The notes under the pieces: generated by a model
Databases searched by the model: none
What the model was told of the DNA's origin: nothing
Seen by the model: only the letters and a program-made list of their open reading frames with translations
Made by a program: the position numbers and the translations under genes
Origin: a virus
DNA length: 64,000 nucleotides
Strand: one strand, 5' to 3'
Virus record (IMG/VR): IMGVR_UViG_3300026522_000001
Coordinates: 1-64,000 of that record
In this document: piece by piece, positions 54,651-61,811 of the stretch
Layout of the letters: every line of letters starts with the position of its first letter
How positions within the stretch are numbered: the first letter of the stretch is position 1

Positions 54651-55370
54651 TTAGTAGTCTTTTGTCGCTTCTTTCCAATCATCATTTGAATCATTATTTT
54701 CTTCTTTTTGATTCTCATATAATTTCTTTGTTGATTTACTTATAGCATCAATAAGGCTATTTGAATCAGCTCCAGAATCTTTCTTTGTGCCCCAATCAAA
54801 GTAATTCTTTAGATTTTCCCATGCTTTATATTTATTTGGAAGTAATAGTTTTATTCCATCTCTGCCTTGTGAAACTTCTGACAAAAGACTTGTATCACAC
54901 TCATCACTATTCTTAAATTTAAGTCTACTTATTTTCTTAAATTTCTGATTTCCATTTTCATCTAAAACAGGACTACCATCTACGTCTGTTTCTGGTACTT
55001 CTTCTGTATAGAATGACATATAATCTCCTATGTCTGCTTTTGCTATTTTTAGATTATATTCTACATATTCTAGTGGGTCTATATCTAAAGTATATGCCAT
55101 TAACTTCTTTGCTCTTTTTAGTGCGGCCTGTATTTTAGGCTTTTTTATTTCCATATTTCCTAAAACACCTGCTGTTTTCTTATTCTTTACATTAAAAGCA
55201 CTAAAATAAGAAATTGTAGGATTTGAATTAGAAAGATATAGCATAACAAAATCTTTTTGTTTATCAGTTAAATCTGAATCACCAAAAATATCATCATATA
55301 TTTTTTCTCTTAATTCTTTATTTTCTTCAAAAGAATTAACAACACGCTCTTCTTCTTTTTTCTTTGCCAT
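54651..55370 (-). CDS. Terminase small subunit
   Basis: 239 aa; LTDKQKDFVMLYL...AGVLGNMEIKKPKIQAAL HTH-type N-terminus; precedes the large subunit. Confidence 0.7.
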   Translation of the reverse strand: MAKKKEEERVVNSFEENKELREKIYDDIFGDSDLTDKQKDFVMLYLSNSNPTISYFSAFNVKNKKTAGVLGNMEIKKPKIQAALKRAKKLMAYTLDIDPLEYVEYNLKIAKADIGDYMSFYTEEVPETDVDGSPVLDENGNQKFKKISRLKFKNSDECDTSLLSEVSQGRDGIKLLLPNKYKAWENLKNYFDWGTKKDSGADSNSLIDAISKSTKKLYENQKEENNDSNDDWKEATKDY

Positions 55371-55417
55371 CTAAAAAGTCCCCTTTATCTAAATGATTAG
55401 CATACTGTTATATCAGT

Positions 55418-55446
55418 ATTATAGCATATTTTTAATAAAAAATCAA
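55418..55446 (-). promoter_or_regulatory. Promoter of the packaging/head operon
   Basis: Minus strand TTGATT-N17-TATAAT. Confidence 0.5.
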
Positions 55447-55463
55447 GATATTATATACAACAA

Positions 55464-55493
55464 AATAGCTACTGTGGTTAATCAGTAGCTATT
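55464..55493 (-). terminator. Intrinsic terminator after the tRNA array
   Basis: 11-bp stem aatagctactg/cagtagctatt with 8-nt loop, then TTTTG on the minus strand. Confidence 0.6.
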
Positions 55494-55566
55494 TGCACAA
55501 GGAGACTGAAAAATGGAAACCGAATTCATTGGCAATCTTTATGTGTTTAGCATATTGATTGCATGT

Positions 55567-55640
55567 TGGAGCGAATAATCAGAATCGAACTGACATATTA
55601 TCCTTGGAGGGGATATGTTCTACCATTGAACTATATTCGC
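55567..55640 (-). tRNA. tRNA-Gly (anticodon UCC), CCA encoded, unusual C33
   Basis: GCGAATA/TATTCGC acceptor, GTTC/GAAC D stem, TATCC-CCTCCAA-GGATA anticodon arm, GTCAG-TTCGATT-CTGAT T arm, U73. Confidence 0.75.
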
Positions 55641-55642
55641 AT

Positions 55643-55716
55643 TGGATGCGGAAGAAAGAGTTGCACTTTCATCTCCTGCCTATGAAACAAGTATTCTTCT
55701 GTTAAACTATTCCGCT
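55643..55716 (-). tRNA. Non-canonical tRNA-like gene, anticodon CAU (Met or Ile2), CCA encoded
   Basis: Acceptor GCGGAA/TTCCGC with an A1xA72 mismatch, U8 A9, weak D stem GTTT/GAAT with D loop lacking GG, CTTGT-TTCATAG-GCAGG, T arm GAAAG-TGCAACT-CTTTC (G at position 55). Confidence 0.5.
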
Positions 55717-55717
55717 A

Positions 55718-56036
55718 TGGTTGAGATAGATGGGCTTGAACCATCGACCTTTGGTTTATCTTGCTACTACATATTTCTATGTCCACAAAAAATATTGTGT
55801 TGTAGTCTGGGCTATATCTTCATCATTTCAGATGGGCAACGTATAGTCTCTACGAATCCTGTGCAATCAGTTTTCTCGGTATTGTCTTTAGCATTACCTA
55901 GTAAGAGTTTCACCGATATAGTTGCCTGCACTTTATACATTAACTCATTACATTAAATCTATTGCAAGTAATGATTCTGTATAAAGGCTCATATTATGTT
56001 TAAGACCACTGCTCTAACCTACTGAGCTATATCTCA
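55718..56036 (-). tRNA. Intron-containing tRNA, most likely tRNA-Ile (UAU); exons 56002-56036 and 55718-55759
   Basis: Exons join to TGAGATA TA GCTC AGTAGGTTA GAGC A GTGGT CTT|ATAA ACCAA AGGTC GATGG TTCAAGC CCATC TATCTCA A CCA. Confidence 0.75.
55760..56001 (-). ncRNA. Group I (IC3-like) self-splicing intron in the tRNA anticodon loop, 242 nt, ORF-less
   Basis: 5' splice after U, last nt G, IGS GAGCC, P2 TTTATACA/TGTATAAA, P3 GGCAAC/GTTGCC, P4 TCGGT/ACCGA, P9 ACTACA/TGTAGT. Core GTAGAGACTATACG resembles GUAGAGACUAGACGG of tRNA IC3 introns. Confidence 0.8.
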
Positions 56037-56040
56037 ATTA

Positions 56041-56115
56041 TGGTGGGCTTACTAAGAATCGAACTTAGATTGTGGGATTAGAAGTCCCATGTATTATCCT
56101 TTATACTATAAGCCC
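56041..56115 (-). tRNA. tRNA-Arg (anticodon UCU), CCA encoded
   Basis: GGGCTTA/TAAGCCC, GTAT/ATAC, TGGGA-CTTCTAA-TCCCA, CTAAG-TTCGATT-CTTAG. Confidence 0.9.
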
Positions 56116-56338
56116 ATTATTACAAGTTTTTTCCTGTTTCCCCACCAAGCAGAATGGAAAACTTGAAAAACCATCTAACACACCCACATATTACTATGTA
56201 TATATCCATATGTAATGTTAGTCCCTAAGCCAGCTTACATTTTACTAGACGCATTTGATAAAGATTTATAAATCATATATGTATAACTTTTTTCAATTAA
56301 TTGCTGTGTGCGTCTATTCCCTTACCGCTTATATATTT

Positions 56339-56367
56339 ATTATACCACAGGTTAAGCCCTGTGTCAA
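56339..56367 (-). promoter_or_regulatory. Consensus promoter upstream of the tRNA array
   Basis: Minus strand TTGACA (56362-56367)-N17-TATAAT (56339-56344). Confidence 0.6.
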
Positions 56368-56427
56368 TACCTTATTTTTTTTTATTCTCCAAACTTGAAA
56401 TTCTGTTCTCCCCGATGACATGTACTT

Positions 56428-56456
56428 ATTCTAACACATATTAGCCCCAATGTCAA
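56428..56456 (-). promoter_or_regulatory. Second tandem promoter upstream of the tRNA array
   Basis: Minus strand TTGACA (56451-56456, overlapping the DUF2828 stop)-N17-TAGAAT. Confidence 0.5.
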
Positions 56457-58009
56457 CAGTATTTGAAAATTTCTTCGACAACGTCATAGCGGGACTTATT
56501 CAGCTGTCTGCAAAAGGCTTTATATGGGTCAAGTTCATTACAACAAACCATATCTACAAGCTCTTTACTAAATCCACTCAAAAGAATTACACCATTTCTT
56601 GAGCTTTGAATTGGGACTGTACCATCATTATAACAAGAGACATTCCAAAAAATGAGTTTAGGAAGTTCATACCCACAATCCTTATACTTCTTCTCAATAT
56701 TCTCAAATAATGTGTCATTTTCTTGTATATTTTGATTGCGTAATGGGAATCCAAATGCATCTGTATCACACATAGCAGTATTAAACTGCATATCAGAAAT
56801 GATAAGAACATTCTTTGGCATATCTGCCTGTGTCGCATTACACTTCTTTGCTGTTTTTAGGATGAGGTCAAATACAGATTCAACATTAGTTGTACTACAT
56901 TCTGTATTTTTCATTAGCTTTTCTATATTGTCCCTTAATGTATTGCAGTTTACTGTAATCATCTTTGGGTTATTAGAAAATGCCATGATTTTATCTTTGA
57001 ATACACCTGTATTATTTTTTGCACAATACAGAGCAATTGAATCCCCAATTTCCATCGCTGAAACATTTTTTGATACATATGATAACATAGAGCCACTTCC
57101 ATCTCTAACAACAAGCGTATCAGCAAATGTTTTTGGTTTCTTTTGAGATTCCCAAAGACTCTCTAGGGTATTGTCAACAGGTTTCATTCCAATGCCAAAA
57201 AAATTAGCATCTTTCTCATATGCATGAACTATGTCATACAAAAACATAGAATTAGCATTTATCTTATTTTCGCCACGAGCTACATCAATAAGATATTCAT
57301 TTCTTCTAGCAAAATCGTGCTTAAGAAAAGAATCCTTATACTTGATATTTGCTAAAGATGGTACATGAGAGTAATCTACTTTATCCCATTTATTTGAACT
57401 TAACTTTACCTCTAAAACATCTAGCCCTTTTCTTAGTTTAGAAAGTGTTTTTCTATACTGTGAAGGAGACATTCTAAAATATTTTCTAAGTTCATTACCA
57501 ACTGCTACTGTTTTCTTTGAAGATGTATTGATACTCGGCATCCATTTTGCTAAAAGACTGTATGGCTTTCCATTGGAATAATTATATAAGTCATCATAAA
57601 GCTGTTCTTGCAAAATCCCTGCAATATATATTTTTAAGTCATCATATTTTGTATTTGCAAAAAGATAAATATAGTCGTCCCATCTGCCAAATTCAGGCAA
57701 GTCAACCGTGTAAATAAATCTATAGAAAATAGACATATCGATTTCTGTAAGATGAAGTAGCAACTTTCTAAAAGTATCTCTTTCACCCATTCCTTCTCTG
57801 ACATCTCTCAAAAAGAGAAGGAATCTTAATGTCATAGCTTTATCTTGATAATATGCTTCATCAAAAAGAGAATAATCTATTGGATTTTCCCTAAATGATG
57901 AAACTTTATAGAAAAAATCTAAAAGTTTACTGCCTGTTGTAGCATAAGCTACTGCACCATTTTCTGTTGTTGTTTTTACATTGTTTTCAAGATTTTCAAT
58001 AAAATTCAT
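56453..58009 (-). CDS. DUF2828-family protein (TROVE-like N-terminal region plus vWA-like C-terminal domain)
   Basis: 518 aa; N-terminal TTENGAVAYATTGSKLLDFFYK...FLLFLRDVREGMGER as remembered for DUF2828; C-terminal VVRDGSGSM...LIISDMQF is vWA/MIDAS-like. Confidence 0.65.
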   Translation of the reverse strand: MNFIENLENNVKTTTENGAVAYATTGSKLLDFFYKVSSFRENPIDYSLFDEAYYQDKAMTLRFLLFLRDVREGMGERDTFRKLLLHLTEIDMSIFYRFIYTVDLPEFGRWDDYIYLFANTKYDDLKIYIAGILQEQLYDDLYNYSNGKPYSLLAKWMPSINTSSKKTVAVGNELRKYFRMSPSQYRKTLSKLRKGLDVLEVKLSSNKWDKVDYSHVPSLANIKYKDSFLKHDFARRNEYLIDVARGENKINANSMFLYDIVHAYEKDANFFGIGMKPVDNTLESLWESQKKPKTFADTLVVRDGSGSMLSYVSKNVSAMEIGDSIALYCAKNNTGVFKDKIMAFSNNPKMITVNCNTLRDNIEKLMKNTECSTTNVESVFDLILKTAKKCNATQADMPKNVLIISDMQFNTAMCDTDAFGFPLRNQNIQENDTLFENIEKKYKDCGYELPKLIFWNVSCYNDGTVPIQSSRNGVILLSGFSKELVDMVCCNELDPYKAFCRQLNKSRYDVVEEIFKYC

Positions 58010-58099
58010 CTTTTTTCTTCCTTCCTAGATACAAAATAATTATCCCATATTATTATTTATTATTGATTGCTGTATGTATCTAAATAAATTAAAATTATA

Positions 58100-58174
58100 T
58101 TATAAATACTTTAGGTTATGAATACCAAAACAAATCAATACAATTCCTGAAATTAGAATAAGACTAACTAGCAT
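58100..58174 (-). CDS. Possible 24-aa hydrophobic peptide
   Basis: GGAGA SD 7 nt before ATG; MLVSLILISGIVLICFGIHNLKYL. Confidence 0.3.
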   Translation of the reverse strand: MLVSLILISGIVLICFGIHNLKYL

Positions 58175-58273
58175 TATATATCTCCAAAAAGCAATTTGCT
58201 TTAACATCTATTGGTTTCATCATTTTGACTACTTATGCTATCCACCACGTAAAGGTTGATGTTACTGGATAAC

Positions 58274-58354
58274 TGCCCCTGACAGGATTCGAACCTGCAC
58301 GTCTTTCGACAACGGATTTTGAATCCGCACTGTCTTCCATTCCAGCACAAGGGC
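58274..58354 (-). tRNA. tRNA-Leu (anticodon CAA), type II, no encoded CCA
   Basis: GCCCTTG/CAGGGGC acceptor, GCGGA-TTCAAAA-TCCGT, long variable arm GTC-GAAA-GAC, GCAGG-TTCGAAT-CCTGT, A73. Confidence 0.85.
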
Positions 58355-58445
58355 AATAATTGGTTTTTTCGTTTTTTCCTTAACGACCTAGCTTTTCAGA
58401 TGCGTTTTAGTGCTGGCCAGTCACTTCAAGCATAGTCCTATCCGC

Positions 58446-58600
58446 TTGACACTCCCCATGCCTAAAGGCAGGGGATTCTTGGTTCAACGACCAGTGCACC
58501 GCTTCCAAGGAATTGGTGTCTTACATGATTTCCCCAAGCGTGAATTCCCGTGTGTCCCACGGTATGTTTATATTATAACACACCCTAAAACACATGTCAA
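58446..58600 (-). ncRNA. Orphan (tnpB-less) omega-RNA-like IS605-family right end fused to a consensus promoter
   Basis: ttgacactccccatgcctaaaggcaggggattc... shares the terminal hairpin with the tnpB-linked copy and is closely similar to 32219-32345; TTGACA (58595-58600)-N17-TATAAT (58572-58577) on the minus strand. Confidence 0.6.
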
Positions 58601-58640
58601 CACCTTTTCTGAAAAATTTTGACGAAAATTGAAAAATATA

Positions 58641-58750
58641 TTCTGACCTCGTAGAAGCCGTTCTGAGAGTATTTTTCCCTCTATGAGTATAAATATACCT
58701 AAAAATGCTTGGGAGCCCCTTAGTGGGCATCCTTCGAAACGACACAGGGT
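58641..58750 (-). repeat. Structured element of about 110 nt, copy B (reverse complement resembles 3641-3757); possible IS left-end remnant
   Basis: Shared blocks CCCTGT, AGGGGC, TTTAGGTATATTTATAC, GGCTTCTACG. Confidence 0.5.
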
Positions 58751-58939
58751 TTTATATTTATATTCTTTTCTCCAACCTGCACAAAAATAAAAATATTGGC
58801 CAAAAAATGAATTTTATATATATAGTGAAATTTTTCACAAGCTATACACTATTTTTTTAGGAGAGGGAGACAGCTAAAGGTAGTTCCCCTCATGGTATAC
58901 ATTTTACACATTTGTCCATTTCGTCTTATATTATATATT

Positions 58940-59105
58940 ATTATATTATATATACGAACGTAGTGAGTATATTTAATATATAATATATAATATAATATAT
59001 ATAAAAAATAATATAATAAATATATATATATAAATAATAAAATATTATATATGCTATATATATTATATTATATATACTCACTACGTTCGTATATATAATA
59101 TAATA
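58940..59105. repeat. 166-bp AT-rich palindrome with perfect arms of about 33 bp, at the divergent late/early junction
   Basis: 58940-58972 attatattatatatacgaacgtagtgagtatat is the reverse complement of 59073-59105; the centre consists only of A/T. Confidence 0.8.
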
Positions 59106-59440
59106 TATATAGGGCAAAATAAGCACCTGTCTTTTAGAGAAAGACAAATTATAAAGACTACTTTTTAGCTAAAAATTAGACTAAAGTCCTATTTACTATT
59201 TAGACAAAATACTTTATAATATATAAAATAATAAAAATAAATAAAAAATAATAATATTTTATCTAAACAGAGCATATAATATTTAGATAAAAATAAATAT
59301 AAAATAATCTTAAATAATAAATTTAATATTAATTTTTATAAATAAAATATAATAATAAATTCTAAATAATTATTATATGTTTAGATTAACATAAATATAA
59401 GAATTTAATAAAAGTTTAATAAAATAAATTAAAATTTCTA

Positions 59441-59469
59441 TTGACAGCTATATATACGTATGATATAAT
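59441..59469 (+). promoter_or_regulatory. Consensus early promoter (rightward)
   Basis: TTGACA (59441-59446)-N17-TATAAT (59464-59469). Confidence 0.65.
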
Positions 59470-59535
59470 ATATGTATAGAGAAAAAGGAAATAAGGATTT
59501 TAGAGATAATAATAAAAAGAAGTGAAAGGAAAAAT

Positions 59536-60060
59536 ATGATTCAAAAACACATAAATATAAAAAATTTACAAGGAACAGTTTCTTTGAATAAAGATATTCT
59601 TGTAGATTTAGCAGAATTAGTAAGAATTTCACCTATTTCATCAAGACTATTATTCTTTATTATGGGTTATGCAGATGATAATAATGAAATTATTACAAAT
59701 GTAAAGACTTTATCTAAATATTTAGGAAAAAATAGAGGATTAATAGAATATGCAATTAAAAATCTAGTTAAAAATGGATATATTACTATGTCATGTGTAG
59801 ATATAGATAAATCTATTGATATTATTGGTAAAGAGCATGATATGGAACTCTATTTAGCTTCAAATAAACGTATTTGGAAAGTTATAGGAAATAAATATAT
59901 TGGAACTTTTAAGATTAAGGGAAAATATATTAAACTTAAAGTTAATGAGAATATTATTAAGTGTTCAAATAATAGAACAGGAAATATTATTCTTAATATA
60001 AAAGATAATTTATATTATGATACAAGAATTGAAGATAATGATTTAAAGTGGGAGTTATAA
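59536..60060 (+). CDS. Hypothetical early protein, possible winged-helix DNA-binding protein
   Basis: 174 aa; LSKYLGKNRGLIEYAIKNLVKNGYI is wHTH-like; first gene after the early promoter. Confidence 0.45.
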   Translation: MIQKHINIKNLQGTVSLNKDILVDLAELVRISPISSRLLFFIMGYADDNNEIITNVKTLSKYLGKNRGLIEYAIKNLVKNGYITMSCVDIDKSIDIIGKEHDMELYLASNKRIWKVIGNKYIGTFKIKGKYIKLKVNENIIKCSNNRTGNIILNIKDNLYYDTRIEDNDLKWEL

Positions 60061-60063
60061 TAT

Positions 60064-60228
60064 ATGCAGTCTACAAGAATTATTTTTAATATAAATACTA
60101 GACTAAAAGAAATGTTTGAAGATATTTGTAAAGAAAAAGGACTTACAAAAACTAAAGTTATTACAATGCTAATTAAAAAATATGTTAATGATAATAATAA
60201 AATTGAAAGAGAGGAAATTAAGGTTTGA
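60064..60228 (+). CDS. Ribbon-helix-helix (CopG/Arc-like) protein, 54 aa (below the ORF-track cutoff)
   Basis: MQSTRIIFNINTRLKEMFEDICKEKGLTKTKVITMLIKKYV fits the beta-alpha-alpha RHH pattern; stop overlaps the next start (GTTTGA). Confidence 0.55.
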   Translation: MQSTRIIFNINTRLKEMFEDICKEKGLTKTKVITMLIKKYVNDNNKIEREEIKV

Positions 60229-61022
60229 TAGAAAAAGAAAAATTACTATCAGATAAACTAAATACACATACATTCTCTTTTAGAACAACTCAAGATAAAA
60301 TGTTTTTAGTAGTTTTATCTGATATACACATGGGAGCTTGTAATAGAGAATATCTTAGAGAAATTATCTCTTTTATTCTTAGTATTAAAAACTGTTATGT
60401 TATCTTAGGTGGAGATGCTACAAATAGTACAACTACTACTTCTAAAGGAAATGTTTTAGAAGAACAATTATCAGGTGATAAACAGATTTATGCTATTGTA
60501 GAAGATTTAAAGCCATTAGTAGAAAACAATAGATTAATTGCTATTGGTGAAACAGGAAATCATGGTAATAGAATTTATGATAATTCTTATATAAGCATCA
60601 ATAAGATGATTGCTGTTTTGCTAGGTGTTCCTAAACTATATAAGGGAAATGCTCTTTTTGGATTTATCAATGTAAATAATATTTGTTATACAATATCAGT
60701 AATTCATAAAAACAGAAAAGCAAAAAATTATTATGAATATGCTAGATGTGATATTCTTTATAAAGAACATTGGCATGAACTTAGATATGAACAAAAACTT
60801 GTTTATGAATGGAATAAATATAATAAGTCACTAAGTGTTATTCCAACATTTGAAATTTATAATGGTTCTTTTTTGAATTTTCCTGAATATAGCTTGAAAG
60901 CTAATTATAGACCACAGTTTATTGGAACATACTTTACTCTTTTAGACGGTAAAAAGAGATATATTCAACCATTTATAGATAAAGATTTATATTACATTAT
61001 CAATAATGGGTTTAAGGCTTAA
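60225..61022 (+). CDS. Calcineurin-like metallophosphoesterase
   Basis: 265 aa; LSDIHMG, GGDATN, GNHG motifs. Confidence 0.75.
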   Translation: MIEKEKLLSDKLNTHTFSFRTTQDKMFLVVLSDIHMGACNREYLREIISFILSIKNCYVILGGDATNSTTTTSKGNVLEEQLSGDKQIYAIVEDLKPLVENNRLIAIGETGNHGNRIYDNSYISINKMIAVLLGVPKLYKGNALFGFINVNNICYTISVIHKNRKAKNYYEYARCDILYKEHWHELRYEQKLVYEWNKYNKSLSVIPTFEIYNGSFLNFPEYSLKANYRPQFIGTYFTLLDGKKRYIQPFIDKDLYYIINNGFKA

Positions 61023-61034
61023 AGGGGAAAATAA

Positions 61035-61319
61035 ATGAGTGAATTAAGCATATCAGATAAGTTTTTAGATTTTCTAAAAAATAAAATTAATGAACATGTA
61101 GATATTGTAAATAATTATTCTTATAACGAAGAAAAACTAAACAAGGCTTTAGAAAAATTACAAGTAGAAACAACTATTTATGCTAATCTTGTAACAATTT
61201 ATACAAATTCAAAAACAAAAGAAATTACAGATGAAATTATTAATAGTATGAAAAATGTTGACGCTGATACTATCAATAATGCAATAAGTCAGTTTAGTAA
61301 TTTTACAGATAAGAATTAA
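61035..61319 (+). CDS. Hypothetical protein
   Basis: 94-aa ORF with a GGGGAAA SD. Confidence 0.5.
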   Translation: MSELSISDKFLDFLKNKINEHVDIVNNYSYNEEKLNKALEKLQVETTIYANLVTIYTNSKTKEITDEIINSMKNVDADTINNAISQFSNFTDKN

Positions 61320-61333
61320 GACGGGGTAATTAT

Positions 61334-61786
61334 ATGAAGCCAATTAGAGAATTTAAGTCAGACGAAGAATTTCAAAAGATTGCTAAAGACCTACAGCATA
61401 AACTCTTTTTAGATGATTGGTTTATCATTTTTGGGCTTACAGATGAGCCAATTAAGATTTCTGAAGGATATGCTAGTGGATTAACACATTATGATTATGA
61501 TAATAGAGAAGCTACAATTCTTGTTCTAAATAAAGATAATTGGGATTATTCACCAGAAGTAGCAGAGCATAAACCTGCTGTAACTAGGAATTGTGCCTTA
61601 TTGAATCTTCTACATGAATTATTGCATCTAAAGAGAGAGTATATAGTTCCTTCTGATATTCTTGGAAATGAAGCAGATGAATTATCTGAAATGGAAAGAG
61701 AAGAAGTTCATGTAAATCTTGAAAAGATGGCAAAAACACTTTTCATGGCACTAACAGGAACTAATACAGATTATTTTCTAAAATAA
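61334..61786 (+). CDS. Hypothetical protein with HExxH motif (possible zinc metallopeptidase)
   Basis: 150 aa; LLNLLHELLHLKREY. Confidence 0.4.
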   Translation: MKPIREFKSDEEFQKIAKDLQHKLFLDDWFIIFGLTDEPIKISEGYASGLTHYDYDNREATILVLNKDNWDYSPEVAEHKPAVTRNCALLNLLHELLHLKREYIVPSDILGNEADELSEMEREEVHVNLEKMAKTLFMALTGTNTDYFLK

Positions 61787-61811
61787 AAAGAATAAAGGAG
61801 TTTTCTATTAT

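Noticed and set aside
9-55370. Dozens of 60-160-aa plus-strand ORFs in the track (for example 387-626, 4709-4990, 8997-9422, 23595-24056, 33419-33898, 37337-37810, 42157-42633)
   Set aside because: All lie antisense inside long, motif-supported minus-strand genes. They have low-complexity Leu/Phe/Ser/Ile-rich translations typical of the reverse strand of AT-rich coding DNA, and they lack SD sequences.
55642-55956. 104-aa plus-strand ORF
   Set aside because: It is fully explained by the minus-strand tRNA-like gene, the tRNA 3' exon and the group I intron.
55718-56036. Reading the intron-containing tRNA as tRNA-Leu(UAA), by analogy with cyanobacterial intron-tRNAs
   Set aside because: The joined tRNA has a 5-nt variable loop and is therefore not type II. 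The U-before and G-before splice-site rules give the loop CUUAUAA (anticodon UAU). A UAA loop would need splice sites after A and after U.
58410-58745. ORFs 58410-58622 (+) and 58521-58745 (-), and likewise 32162-32353 (+)
   Set aside because: They overlap the omega-RNA-like and IS-end repeats. Similarity between copies is at the nucleotide and structure level with compensatory changes rather than in any reading frame.
58941-59147. 68-aa minus-strand ORF (Ile/Tyr-only composition) and 59438-59632 (-)
   Set aside because: These are artefacts of the A/T-only palindrome and promoter region, with no SD and no plausible protein composition.
59100-59440. Possible CRISPR array or tandem repeat in the AT-rich region
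   Set aside because: There is no regular repeat-spacer periodicity, only short AT words. No cas genes are present in the window.
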